Origin: Epiperipatus broadwayi
Lineage: Eukaryota > Animalia > Onychophora
DNA length: 64,000 bases
Assembly: GCA_028023455.1 (NCBI GenBank)
Contig: JAQFVV010000006.1
Location: 15,376,001-15,440,000, forward strand
Reading direction: 5' to 3'
The notes beneath the pieces are model-generated. The model saw only the letters and a program-made list of their open reading frames with translations. It did no database searches and was not told where the DNA came from. This document shows, piece by piece, positions 24,492 through 38,100 of this stretch. The position numbers and the translations under genes are program-made. The number at the start of each line of letters is the position of its first letter. Positions within the stretch are counted from its first letter, which is position 1.

Positions 24492-27023
24492 CGAGTAGGC
24501 ACTCGATAGGGATTTTATGCACAAGCCTTCTGGCATCCATTGATTATCCTGGCTTGCACTGAGTGGCACTACTGTATGGAGAGTTTTGTTTATTTTAATA
24601 AGAATTATATTCATGAAGATTTTTTGAAATTTCTTCCTAAGAAGGACCAAACCAGAGGTAGTGATTTTCTCGATAGTATTTGTACTTTTCAGGAAAAGAA
24701 TAATATTGAAATGAAAAAATTGGTTTCCGTGTGCACTGATGGATATCCTTCAATGATTCGGATCTGAAAAGGAATTTGTTTCCTTATTAAAAAAGAAATA
24801 CAATTTAACAAATCTCTTATCATTTCATTATTTAATTCACCAATAAAACTTGGGAGCACGTATATTCATAAAAGAAGTAGATGTTGTGATGAAAACTATC
24901 ATAAACATTGTGAATTATATTCGGGTCCAAAAATTGCACCACAGAAAATTTAAAAAAGAAATAAATAGTAATTACAGTGATGTACTTTTGCATACTTCAG
25001 GGAGATCGCTAAGCAGAGATAAAGTTTTGAATTGCCTTTTTTCATTACTGCATGAAATTATTTTATTCTTACAAGAAAACAAAGTTTATAATAAGCTTGA
25101 TAATAATGGATGGTGGTGTCTTTTAGCTTTTTTATGCGACATCATGGAAAAACTTTGTGAGCTTAATTACTTTACAAGGCGAAAATAAAATTATTTCACA
25201 AATGGTTAATAAAGAATTTGCATTTGAAGAAAAACTAAATATTTTTACAAAGAGATACAAAACCAAATATTACATCATTTCTCAACGTTAACTAAAGCTA
25301 AGCAAGATAGTACTGACGTTTTTTCAGAAACCTATATCATCATTTCAAATTATTTAGCTACTTTGTTGAAAGAATTTACAAGAAGATTTCAAGATTTAAG
25401 AAATATTAAGAATTGTCGCTTACTTATAGAAAATCCTTGGCACTTAGAAATAGCAACTATTACACAATTAGCTGCATGTAGACATGATTATGTTTAGACT
25501 ATTGGATGAATTTGTTGAATTTATAAGTGATCAAATTTGGAGATCTTTTTTTTTTAAAAAAAGTGAGGAAAAGGAGTATATGGAATTTTGGAAATTAGTG
25601 CCTGAAAAATATAAAACTATCAAAAAGTATGCACAAATGTTTTCACATTATTCGCATCAATATATCTTTGCGAATCATCTTATTCAAAAATAAAATTTAC
25701 AAAGAACGTATATAGACACACACAGATTCATACCTTCATGATATATTAACGTATAAACCTGATTTATCTAAATTGTTAGTTTGTCTCAGTATCAAAAATA
25801 GCATTAATATTTAAATAAATGTTTGGATCAAATAAAGGTTTTTATGTTTTATTAACCTGTTAATTATAAGATAAAGTACAGTGGTCTACAATTGATGGTA
25901 TGCACGAATTGAGAAGTCGGACATTTTTTCATGCGGTACCAATCGGTTGCCGGCTGTTGATATAGCAAGTTGTGGCCTGCTTGATGTCTCAAACAGATGT
26001 ATATGGCCTGGGGGTATGGCTGATCTAACTGCATGTCTCACTTCTTCATTTAAAATGCTAGTTTCAGAAGATGTAGTAATCGTAGGGGATACTTTGTTTT
26101 TTTGTTGTTTATTATTATAATATTCTTTATAGAACTTTTTTCTATACATTTTATGATATCTTACTTTTTAGTGATAGTTTTATCTTTTTATAGTAGAAAT
26201 AAGTTCACACAGAGGTTATCATGTGATGTTTAGCAGAAACAATTTTCCTACAATACCAAGATGCTGTCAAGTTATATTAAGAGGATAGTATTATTTACTT
26301 ATTAGATATAAATCCAATTTGCATATGTTTGTTTCTGTTTTATAACCTAAAGCTGAGTATATGTTTCTAATTATTTTAATGAGCATATAAATAATTTTAA
26401 GTATTATTAAATGTATAAAGATGAAAATATAAACCGATTTACTGAACGAGTTCAAACACATTACTAAGATAATTCGTAAGGTAGATTCCCAAAGGTCATT
26501 TAAATGACCTTGTAAATAATGCACATCCTTTTTTATATCAATGCCAATTTATTTTGCCAGATAAAAAAGAAAAAATGATCATCTGATTTTTGTTAATTCA
26601 AAAAACCAACTACAGAATCCGCCTAATATTTTGATCGGAAATGTTAAAAAAATATCTTTTTTTTTAAAAAAACTCATCTTTTATTAGCCAATGATTGAAT
26701 TGAAATCTTCAGCAACTTTTATCTTAGACGTTTATCATCTTGGGAATGTGAGCTAATTGAAATATCTTGATAACTTTTTAAGTAGAAAGGTGGACTTAGA
26801 AAACTGAAGCACGTTGTATGTGTACATATACATAAATTCAATAATAATTTGTAATCTTGTGTTGAGGTTTGAGAAGTCCCTCTATAGTCAAAAACTACAG
26901 CAGTTAGCTATTGTACAAATATTTAAGGCACATGTATTTAACTATTTCTTAGTAATTAAAGTATGCAAATGCATATAAATACATAAGATAGGTGTGTTTA
27001 TGTGCTGGTGTGTGTGTATAGAT

Positions 27024-27440
27024 CAGTCATGCACAAGCCATGAGTTGTGCCCTCTCAGGGGTCACACAAAGTTTGGTGGGGATCGCAAAATTTGTAAGAA
27101 ACTGTCTTAAGTTTTGGATAATGATAAGTTTTTTTTTTTGAAAGAATTTAATTTTTTAAAATAGATAAAAATCACATGAAAATAAATTGTTTTTGTATAT
27201 ATCATTATTATTTTTTATAAGTATATGACTTTTTTAAAAAATTTTATTTCAAATCATCTGTGCCTAATACTAAAATATTAGGAAGTATAAATTTGTATTT
27301 TAATTAAAACTACTATTATTTCATTATGAATATCTTTACATACTCATATTTATAATTTAGGCGAGTAACAAAGAATGGGTTGCATCAAATTTTCATCTGA
27401 GCAAGAGGGTCACAATTGCAAAAAAGGTTGCACACCACTG
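27024..27440. mobile_element. hAT MITE (417 bp)
   Basis: Degenerate TIRs CAGTCATGCACAAGCC / GGTTGCACACCACTG. 8-bp TSD GTATAGAT / ATATAGAT (7/8 match). Confidence 0.7.
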
Positions 27441-27635
27441 ATATAGATGCATATCCAAATACATCCTTAATTTAGTTGAATTTACTTTTAGAATTTTGAT
27501 TCAGTTTTTATTATTATTAGATTTGATTTTTAAACTAATGCTTTAATGATGACTGATGTAATATATAAGAAAGAGAAAACCTTTATTTTTAAATTATCAC
27601 TCTCAGAGTGAAAGAATATATATGTTTATATATAG

Positions 27636-28266
27636 CAGGGGTGGCCAACAAGTTGATCGTGATCCACCAGTCGATTGCGAAGCCAATTTTGGTCAATCGT
27701 GAGGCCAATCTCGCAAGAGCCGTCAGATTACGAGCGAACAAATTAAGTCAAGTTTTTTTTATTATTTTTGTTTTTTCTTCTAATGATTTCAAAGAAAGGA
27801 TCATAACTGGCTATGAATATGAGAAGTACATCTTCTTGTAAGCGCTTAGCCATTAAATTTAATTTTCAATTTGTTGTTATAGCTTTACGTTGGAAGTGTG
27901 AAAGCACGATTTATTATTATATTGGACAAACGTAAAGTATAAATATACAGGTTATTACTTAAAATTCTAGATAGGTGAATTCACAAAGTCATATTATTGA
28001 AAGTATTATTTTTAATCTTGACTTAATGTAACTAATTTGAATTAATAAATATTGTTAATAATTACTCATGCTGCTTTAATTTCCCCGGTCATGAGTTTTT
28101 TGACCCGTTAAATAATTGTTATCTTTTACGTAGGTAGATATATATATAAATAGTATGTATTTCACACCTCCTTCCACTTAAGACTAAGACTATGACAACA
28201 AGTCGATCGCAAACCATTTTTAAAATAAAAAGTAGCTATTATGAACACAAAGGTTGGCCACTCCTG
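27636..28266. mobile_element. hAT MITE (631 bp)
   Basis: TIRs CAGGGGTGGCCAAC / GTTGGCCACTCCTG. Perfect 8-bp TSD ATATATAG at 27628-35 and 28267-74. Confidence 0.9.
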
Positions 28267-28494
28267 ATATATAGCGTATATATATATTAGTGTAAACATC
28301 ACACGACTTTCTTATATCTATACAATCTTTAAAACAGTAACAACTTTCTTCGACAGCAGTGCAGGCTATAGTAATTAATGGTTGCTAGAAGACTTGTGCA
28401 TCAAAACTCTTATCTTGGTTTGGAAATATTATTGTGTTTTCATTTTTGTCTCATAGCTTTATAGTTAACTAAAAAAGTAAAAAATCGCTTAAAT

Positions 28495-28672
28495 TAGATC
28501 TAAAGATCTAAGTGCCGTGCTCTCAGATCTAAAGCTCCTTACTGGTGAAAGCCACAAGCTCGAAACTAGTCCAGAGATATTGGGCACTAAATAGGAGTTT
28601 TGATGTCCAAACCTTCTAGCATTCATTGATTACTATGCCTCACACTGGGTTGCACTACTTTTTGGAGAGAAT
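28495..28672 (+). mobile_element. Family A fragment with a mutated hammerhead core
   Basis: CTGGTGA (28542-48, A6 changed to G), AAGC-CACAA-GCTC, GAAA and CTAGTC. Stem I pairs poorly. Confidence 0.75.
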
Positions 28673-28975
28673 TGTTAGTGTTTTTTTACATATTATCATG
28701 CTATATAAAATGTTTTAGCATATATTTATAATATGATGATACAATGTTCCTTGCTTTTACTGTTTTGATATAACTTTAACATAATGTTGAGAAATACTTA
28801 TTGGGTAAATTTCAATTAAAAATTGATTGCTAAATATGGCGGTTTAAATGTTTCATCGTATCATAAATAAAAATTGAGCATCAGCAATTAATTGTGATCA
28901 TTATTATATAAACTTTTTCAAACAAATGCATATTATACGCCATACTCATCCTTTTTTTAATGTTTTATTTTTAAG

Positions 28976-29080
28976 GATTTAGCTCAAACCCCAGTGCAGC
29001 TACGAGATCCTAGAATTAGACCAGCAAGTAGAATATGGGGCCGGTTAGAAGTTGCAGATTTACCAACTCCCAGATTTAGA
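28976..29080 (+). CDS. SETD1: SETD1 coding exon 2 (DLAQTPVQLRDPRIRPASRIWGRLEVADLPTPRFR)
   Basis: Contains the conserved DPR motif and DL..P.F. Acceptor ttttattttaAG, donor GTAAGA at 29081, phase 0/0. Too short for the ORF track. Confidence 0.9.
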
Positions 29081-29323
29081 GTAAGAAAAGTATTAAATTA
29101 ATTATAGCTGTTCACATATATTTAAAAAAGTGAAAGCAAAATATTAATGCATGTTGATTACTTTAAAGCAAATTGAATTAATTGTTGCCTTGATTTTATC
29201 TCCAAATGCTACTTATCTCGTACAGATTTTATGACGATTTTCATCTTTTAGATATATTGCTCTTTAGTGATGTTTAAAGCATATATGGATTAATTGTAGT
29301 GTAGCAAACTTTAGTCTAATAAA

Positions 29324-29930
29324 TAAACAATATTTATCTAAATCGCATGTTGAAAATTGATAATAAATTGAAAGTATGCTAGCCTTTCTCACATGCGCAA
29401 TTATAACAGAGAAAGCCAATCAGATTTTAAACAGATATCTAATAAATAATCAAGCTTAGACACGAGACAGAGATTTTGTCTAAGCTTGATTATTTATTAG
29501 ATATCTGTTTAAAATCCGATTGGCTTTCTCTGTTATAATTGCGCATGTGAGAAAGGCTAGCATACTTTCAATATATTATCAATTTTCAACATGCGATTTA
29601 GATAAATATTGTTTACAAACGTTGCTGCTATGAAAATTGCGGTTTAGTAAATCTGAGATTTCGTGCCGTAATATATTATATTTATAACACAATGAATGAT
29701 AATTGTATTTGTTTATATATATTTAAAGCTTTCGGGCTAAGATGCTTAAGACTGGCTTATATATATAAAAGTTAAGTTTAGAAAAGGTGGTATCAACCTT
29801 TTCTATCAAAATCTCTGTCTCGTGTCTAAGCTTGATTATATATTAGATATCTGTTTAAAATCTGATTGGCTTTCTCTGTTATAATTGCGCATGTGAGAAA
29901 GGCTAGCGTACTTTCAATTTATTATTCTAA
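29324..29930. mobile_element. Family B (~350-bp unit): 1.4 tandem units on the minus strand plus a 139-bp palindromic inversion
   Basis: Arms 29324-29462 / 29477-29615. gcgcatgtgagaaaggctag recurs at 29541 and 29887 (period 346). Confidence 0.85.
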
Positions 29931-29934
29931 TAAA

Positions 29935-30225
29935 TAATATACATGACAGAAATAAACACTTAAAACAATATCAATAACAGTCAACTATCTCAATCTGTTG
30001 TCAAGGTAACATTGTTAATATTTTTATAGATGCTAAAGATTGTAACTTGACTACAGAGAGTGAAGCTATTAATTCAATGAAGTTTAAATAAACCTCATTA
30101 AACGGGATATATAACCTTTTTTTGAAAGCAGACTAACAAATAGTCAATTATAACTTTCAAATTTTGCTGAAGCTATGTATTACTTAGTTAATAAAGCTAA
30201 TAATGCTCAAGGCTAGATAGTTTTA
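29935..30225 (+). repeat. Family C repeat, physically linked to family B; homolog at 56200-56575 (-)
   Basis: Shares atctcaatctgttgtcaagg, aaacctcattaaac, cagactaacaaata and taataatgctcaag with the reverse complement of 56200-56575. Confidence 0.55.
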
Positions 30226-30234
30226 TAAATGTAA

Positions 30235-30402
30235 ATAAACAGAGCAAAACTCTCCATACAGTATTGCCACCTGTGCTAAACAGAGTAATCAATGGATGCC
30301 AGAAGGCTTGTGCATAAAATCCCTATCTAATGCCTACTCATCCAATATCCCCAGATCAACAATTAATGTGCTAGTATAGGAAATGTGATCATGTGATGCT
30401 AA
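30235..30402 (-). mobile_element. Family A fragment truncated at the hammerhead, with inverted terminal segment
   Basis: Same subfamily and architecture as 7372-7582. Family sequence stops at ..atatccccaga (30355). Confidence 0.8.
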
Positions 30403-30710
30403 ATGTAAATACATGAAAGCAGTCACCACTTGAACAATATCAGTACCTATCAGTAATTTCAAATGGTAATCATCATTAAATATGCAAGGAAATTGTAGTA
30501 CTAGATTAAATCATGGCATTTTATGATAAATAATGAAGGCATTTGAGAGTTGTATTTATAATCTAGGCCTACTGAAGATAATTTACAAAAAAAAAATGCA
30601 TATTGAGGATTATTTGCCTTTTTTCTTAATATATTTATTTATCTATTTGAAATATGACATAGTAATTTTCAAACATAAATATATATTCACCTTTTTTTTT
30701 TTTTTTTTAG

Positions 30711-30981
30711 ATTGATGATTATTATGTGGGCGTACCTCCTCCTATTGAGGTAACATTTTCAAATTTAAATGATAATATAAATTATACGTTCCTATCTGAA
30801 CTGTGCAAAAAGTTTGGTGGATTGGATGATTTGAAGATTTATTATCATCCAAAAACTAAGCGTCATTTAGGGTTGGCCAAAGTAACATTTACTTCCGTTC
30901 AAGCTGCCAGGTTCTGTGTTGAAAAGCTCAATCAAACTTCTGTCATGGGGAATATTCTTACAGTTTATTTAGACGCACTAG
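30711..30981 (+). CDS. SETD1: SETD1 coding exon 3, RRM domain
   Basis: IDDYYVGVPPPIEVTFSNLNDNI..YYHPKTKRHLGLAKVTF..VEKLNQTSVMGNILTVYLD is the Set1 RRM. Acceptor (T)19AG, donor GTAAGT at 30982, phase 1. Confidence 0.95.
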
Positions 30982-31683
30982 GTAAGTAGTAATATTTTTC
31001 TAGAAATTTAAATGCATGTATAGATTATGTATGTTTGGAATCTGCTAGAAAGCAAGCTTTATGGTTTCTGATTCTTTTGGTTAATTGGTTTCCTGATTAC
31101 GTAAGAAAATATTAATGTTAGATTACTCTTTTGTACAAACCTTAACAAAAATTATTATAGTGTCTCAAGTCCAAGATGTATTACGAAACAATGATCCCAC
31201 TATTATAAGACGTTCCTACAGCATATCTTCCTCTTTCACCCGATTAGGGATCAGAGCATTGCTGTAAGTCCAAAGAGAATTACATGTTTAAAGCATGAAT
31301 TTTATTCAGCTTGTAAATTTATTTTCTCACGTCAAAAACATATCTTACTATAATGTGGTTATTATATCTGTGATATTGATCTTCAAGAGCTTTAACAGAT
31401 AATGTGAATTTATGGATAGTAATAAACGCTATATCATAGAAGTAATATGCGGTAGACCTATAATACGACAACAACAGCAAAAAGTTTACAGTACTATATT
31501 GCATAGTTGTTAGGATGTATTTATTAATGATACAAATATTCAAAAAATTACCTATACAAATTAAGATATAAACTAAAATAATTAATAATAAAATATTAAA
31601 ACACACCTTTTTTCATATATATACTGAAGTTCGTTCCCCCCCCCCCCATTTTAAAATGGTTTAAATTAAAATAAAAGCTGACT

Positions 31684-32140
31684 CCGTTTCAGTGAATGAA
31701 ATTTAGAAATGATAAATAATTGACAGTAATTTAGAATCATTTTTTGTTCCACTCACATTATAAAACAAGATGTGTGAAGTCAAATTCTTTAACAAAGAAA
31801 AGAAAAAAATCAATATTTAAAATCTACAGTTAAAAATTAAATTACATATTTATGTAACGAATCTTTAAGCATTGAAAAATTTGCGATCTTAAATTAAAAT
31901 ATGACCTAGACACCGTTTCAGTAAATGAAATTTAGAAATGATAAACAATTGACGATGATTTAGAATCATTTTTTGTTCCACTCACGTTATAAAACAAGAT
32001 GTGTGAAGTCAAATTCTTTAACAAAGAAAAGAAAAAAATCAATATTTAAAATCTACAGTTGAAAATTAAATTACACATTTATTTAATGAATCTTTAAACA
32101 TTGAAAAATTTGCGGTCTCAAATTAAAATGTGACCTATAT
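31684..32140 (+). repeat. Two-copy tandem duplication, period 229 bp
   Basis: ccgtttcagt..aatgaaatttagaaatg at 31684 and 31913, with scattered substitutions between the copies. Confidence 0.85.
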
Positions 32141-35100
32141 AATATGTTTACTTGCTAGAGCTGAATATTTGCCAAATTAAAGAACAGAAATGTTGTAATT
32201 AGTTCATCAAGAATGATAGTGTTACTTTCTTGCCTCAGGCAAAGGAAGTAAACATGTTTGTGTAAACATGTTGGTCAGCATAGGTAAGATCAAAGAGGAT
32301 ATTAAAAACACCTTGGAAAGTAGGAGTATATAAAGAGAGCAATCAGTCAATTCCAGGCCAGTTGCAGTTGATTGATTGTAATAGTTGCTTTGCGGTAAAT
32401 TGCAGTTCAGTATTTAGTCATTCTACAGTGAAAAATTTAAATAATCAGACCAACTAAGTTTGGAGGCACCGTGATCAGTAATTAAAGAAGTGCTGCAGTT
32501 AAAGAGAAACCCAAGGTTACCATAAAACTGCAATATGAAACTTATTAATATGGTAAATGCTAAAATGTCTGGCTAATAAGAAATAGCTCATTCTCCTTCC
32601 CACACCATGGAAGAGGATGTGAAGATGAAGAAATATGCCTGAGTGACCATATGTAAACCATTCAGTTCTAAAGACCAATCCCCCTTTTTATATGAAGATT
32701 ATCATTCAGCTCTAATGACAAACATAAAGACCATCATGGAGATTTCAAAAGGTAATAAACTTCCAGATAATTATTAAAACATATTTTCTTAAGATTGATG
32801 TAAGGGTGCTATGATATAAGGATATTACCAATATTTAATTACTTAATAATGATGCATATCCGTTATTACATGAAAGAGTTATTTTGACATTTGAAGTATT
32901 TAATAATATTTATGCAAATGCTGTAAGAAAGCGTTTCGAAAAGGGCAAAGTGAAACGCAGTTATAAAGTTATTTAAAATAATTAATTCAACGAAATGGTG
33001 AAATATTCTAATCAAATTTAAAAACAGATGTTGTAATGGATAAAACCCAGTATTTATATGAAAACAGTTATGAACCGAGTTAATTTCTTATTGAGAGAAT
33101 AATGTAATTGCTACAAGTGTTATTAGAATAAAGAGATAAAGTAATCCACATAAAATTGTTAATTTGCAACTTGCTAAAGAAATATAGAAATTATAATGTA
33201 AGGATTAATTTAAAATGGACATACCCCAATATATGTATACGTTGTAAATGCTTAATGTTAAATCGAGAAAGGATTAACATTTTATATATGTGAGTTCGCT
33301 TACCAAAAGGGATGTACATCTATATTGTAACCTAAGGGAGGGAGAAAGTTAAATTGTAACCTATAAATGGATTAAATGACTGAAAATTCCTTGAGAAGGG
33401 AGAAATTAATCGAGAGATTCTTTTACTAGCAACACAGGCTATACTCAGTGGGGTTACAATAATTTTAAGATGATACTACAGAGATTTATAATGAAATAGA
33501 GGAAAAATCAAACAATACTGCAAATAATTATAGCATAATAAATGATTTGGAATAAATGGTAGAGAGAAAAATTTTTACTCTTACTAAATATTTGTCAGAT
33601 TTAACCTCCCATTAAATTATATTCTCCGAGTAAAATAAATCTGTACCTAAAGAAGTATTCTCTAATAAATTTTCTCTTTTAATATTTCAAGAATATGCTA
33701 ATACTATCACCAATTCTGAATAGGATGATTTCAAATATTTAACTTATGTGAACTACCATAAAATGTACTTTTCTTATAGCCCAGGGAATAAATAAAGAAC
33801 ACTTATATTATGCTACCAATATTTAATATTATGACATGGGAAAAAAAAATTGGATAAATAACTATGCAAATAACAAGAATAAACAATCTCAGGGGCCCTA
33901 CTGTAACTCTTGTAAATTGTACTATCAGGTAATGTTGCCTATTAAATAAATAAATGGATAAATGAATGAGTGAATGATATCCTGGCCGACTATAGAAGAT
34001 AAACTCTCCTCTTATAGTGATTGCTTCCTACTATTAAATAACAGCACTCATTAAAAGGGATGGTCGTCGTGATGTTTATTGGCTTAGTACTCATTAATAT
34101 TACATAAAATGCTATTTACTCTAATATCTAATTGCCTAATTAAAACATTTTAAATTTGGAATAGTTGCAGCCTTATATCCAGGATATCACTCGAGATTGC
34201 AGAAAGACAAGGGTGCTTTTTATGTCTTTCCACCCACCCACAGACAACCTTCATAAGTAATTAAATGTTAGTGAACCTTAAAATAAAATAGTCATTCAAT
34301 ATCTAAATAACTTAATTGTGTGTAGTCTGAAATAGCATAGATAATCTCCTGAAATATCAACAAATCTTCATTTCCATATTATACAATCTTCCTTCTTAGA
34401 AGATAAACATAGTTGAATTAAATCTTAATGCAATTATATGCATGACTTTATTTTTATTTCTGTGAATATTGGAATATTCTGTATATCATTAACCCAATAT
34501 AAAATAATGAATATTGTGAACCCAAGACAATAACGTACAAAAAAATAAACAGAAACTAGATTTGTTTTAAAATAAATAATAAATAGGTTTATTTACAATT
34601 ACTAAAAAAATTATACAAAATTTTGGCATTATTGCCAAGATAGCGCTGTTAAAAATGTTTTCTTGACTATAAGTACCCCAGCAACATATTTTAGCCTTGC
34701 AACAGACAAACCAAGGTTTTGAAACTAATGATTTTACAAATCAACTTATTAAACAATATTAATAAAATTGACAGTTAACAATAGCTAACTCTTATACACC
34801 TTAATTCCGCTAGATGATCCCTTAAACAATTTTGGATCTCGTAACACTAAACTTTTATACTGGATTAACAATAGCTACGTAACATAATTCTATTTTAAGT
34901 TACTTATTTTTCAAAAATAATCATTAATAACCTTTGTTAATGGTCTGATTTACTAATAATTTGAATTATCAGTTAAATAAACTTGAGTCAGTTGCTGGCA
35001 TAATACAATTAACATCAGATTAGAATAAAAGATCTCATATTGCTTAACATTCTGTACTATTAATAAACTGAATGAAAGAAAAGTATGGATCACTCATCAG

Positions 35101-38100
35101 ATGTCATGTGCACATATACTATTAATAAGTTAATGTCCATATAATAATTATAATAACAAAATATTTAATGTAAATGACTTATATATCCATCGGTGAAAAA
35201 TTCTAGGTGAATAAAACAATTCCATAGAATATGTGGATAGCTCTTAATGGCCATATGCTTGCAAATAAATATTTAAAACTTATCTTTTGTTGGTTTGCTT
35301 GCGGCTGATTATAACATCATAGCAACACAATGCAGACATTGTTATATATCTTTTAGCAGTAAAACAACAGAGTGCAACCTGAAGTAATTAAAATCCTTCA
35401 AAACTAGCTTATCATTGTCATCACACATCTAGATCACAAAACAACCTCACTTACCATGGTGGAAAAATAGATTTAAGCACATCATGAGTGATAGTCCAAA
35501 GCATAGGCTCTGCAGAGCAAGAAAATATCAAAAAGAATGGTCACTTCCAAATACCTATATCTGAGGTTAAAAGGGAATACCTGGACTTTATCATAGCACA
35601 TCGGCAAAATGTGGAAAGACACCAAATATATATGATCCTCTCAAGGGATCTAGATACCTTTAAATATATGATAATAATCATGAGAGAAATGCACTGTCAA
35701 CTCTTTGAAAAGCATATAATAATGGGAAACTTGCCCACTCCATAAAGCACAATAATAAACATAAGCAAATAGGGCTTAACATTATGAGGCCAGTCAATAC
35801 TATAAACTAAACGATGACAAGATACAAACTTAACACTGTAACTGACTTAAAGTAATATTCAACTTTAAACTAAAATTTAAGCAATGTCTGAAACCAACAA
35901 CGTGCAATTAAGTTAAACGACTATGAAATATCACTTAAGAAAATTAATAGCATATAAAATTTTGGCACAAAGTAACAATACACATATGTATAGAATATCA
36001 AATATTAAATTTATCAAAAATAAGTGGACATGACTGATAAAATGAATAATAATGTGAGAATAATAATTCTCAAGTGCATGAAAATATTAGCAGTTATGAC
36101 TCATTGCATTTATACAAAATATCAAAACTTCTGATCAATACTTTGCTGTTTTGCTCATAAATGAATGAAATACCATACATTTTAAAATAGTAATGAGAGA
36201 TGAATATCTCTGCTAAGTCAAAATATAATATAGTTTGGTTATCCAGCAAATACCAACACATACTAAAAATATTTACCTGATAATGTGTAGAATATCTATA
36301 CATTCTAATAAACCCATTAAAATTAAAATACTAAAATAGTATTGTTGAAAATATAGCAAAATACAAAAGAAAAATATATAGAATATTTTTCCTTTTTTTT
36401 TTACCAAACACAAAACCTTAGTTCATTAGTGGACTTTCTTCGTACTGGGCTGTCTGTTAAGGGCATGAAGTATTTCTTCAATGGGTAAATTGTTCTGTGA
36501 AGCTTCAAGTCAAAACATATTATTTTTTTTAAACATGACAAAATATTTCCAAACACAACATAGTATAATAGTTTTTAAACTAAATTAGTTCTATATTTAT
36601 ACGCATTTTAACATTATAAAAAAACAAAAACATAAAGCAATAAGCTGATAAATATGGGTATGACGATGTTGGAATGCAGGCATTTTTATTTAGCTGATTA
36701 TATCTTGGGATCCTGCAGGTTTGTTTAACTAATAATGTAGCTTTATTTTTTTTCTCTTCAAGAAGCACGTTTAAAATTATCGTATAATAATGATAACATT
36801 TTTAGGTTTCAACTTCTATAATTTCATTTCAATATTATATGAAGCAGTAGTTAGCAGAATCAAACGTCTTTAGCAATGTTTCTATTAATTCTTTGTGTAT
36901 TTGTTTGATGAATATTTTCTTCATATTTATCACCAGGATGAAAATTATTAGAATAATAGTGAAATTCCTTCAGTATATTTCTTTCATATATGAAGAATTA
37001 TGTTAAAATATAGCTAATTCAAATAAACATTTTAAAATTATTCTTAAGAGACCAGTTCTTGTATTAATTATTAGTTTTATTGTTGAGCAGGAAAAAAATA
37101 ATATAACGCATTTTAAAACTTAATTCATAGCTTAATAATCTGTGCATTTTAATTTTACTTTTGATCTCCTGTTAATAAGATAAATAAGCAACTGCATATG
37201 AACTGGAAAAATGTTCTGCATATATTTTACAATATCTGTAATTAAACACATCACCTGCTTCCTGTTGAAATACATTCTGAAATTAGATTGACTAAATTCA
37301 CTTAAACTAAACACAAAGTTCCTCCATAGCATTATGCAATAATTAAGAAAGTTTAAACTGAGATTAAGTAACAAGAAATGAGGCTACCTGTCATTCAGCA
37401 GCAGTACATTGTAGGTTTAAGGAGACTAAGTTCAATATTTAATATTTTTAAATAATAATAATTATAAAAAGTTAACACTTTTAAAATTTCAGCTTGAGCC
37501 AGAGAGAATCAAAATCTTTGAGTGTTCCAGTGTCAACTCAACCAATAAAAACCTCTTTTTATAGTAGCTTTTTTTTTTATTAAATTTTTTTTTTTAGCTA
37601 TCAAATTCTCATTAATAACCAATAAACAAAGATTGTTATTTTATTTTTTTTAAACTTAACTGCAAGATCAGTCAATTAGTAAATGACGTTATTTTAATCT
37701 AGATATTTTCAAATTTACACGTGGTTTAACCAACTTAATTTGAAAGAAAGTTAAACAAAGCTTCTTATTAAAAAAAAATATTATAATAAAAAAAGTAATT
37801 AAATAGTATTTGTTCATTTAATAATTGAGTTCTGTTATAATATTAATTTATTAAAGTCTGAATTGATAAATATTTTATCTATTACAGGTTAACTTATTAC
37901 TTTTTTTTATAAGTTTGTGTAACTCAAGATAAAACTATTTTATTAATTACAAAACAAGTTTATCCATCCATGCAAACACACACATACATGAATGAAGGAA
38001 ATGACGTTTTAAGTTTTAAACTTAATTTATTAATTACTTCTCTAAATAACTACCCATATAATTTATTACAATTTAGCTAACAAATTTTTAAAGATATTAA

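Larger units (their letters stand above)
23891..24590. mobile_element. Composite family A insertion (long copy, partial tandem restart and inverted copy) nested in the hAT relic
   Basis: The hAT reading (FVRYCTD | NKNYIHEDFL) is split at ~23890/24590. The copy 23891-24320 restarts at ~24342, then inverts at ~24410-24590. Confidence 0.85.
23290..25700 (+). pseudogene. Decayed hAT transposase of the GTF2IRD2/SPIN/ZBED5-like type, interrupted by family A
   Basis: Fragments SDENRVFK..KWDEEYF..CLICQE, LQLSDSTYSRHIEDIA, YFNLAVDSGTDISAVS..IFVRY, HEDFLKFLP..TRGSD, LVSVCTDGYPSM and WWCLLAFLCDI, with multiple stops and frameshifts. Confidence 0.85.

Noticed and set aside
35488-35745. 85-aa ORF and many other short AT-rich ORFs in the track
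   Set aside because: Low-complexity F/I/K/Y composition, no splice or homology support, or antisense frames of TE relics.
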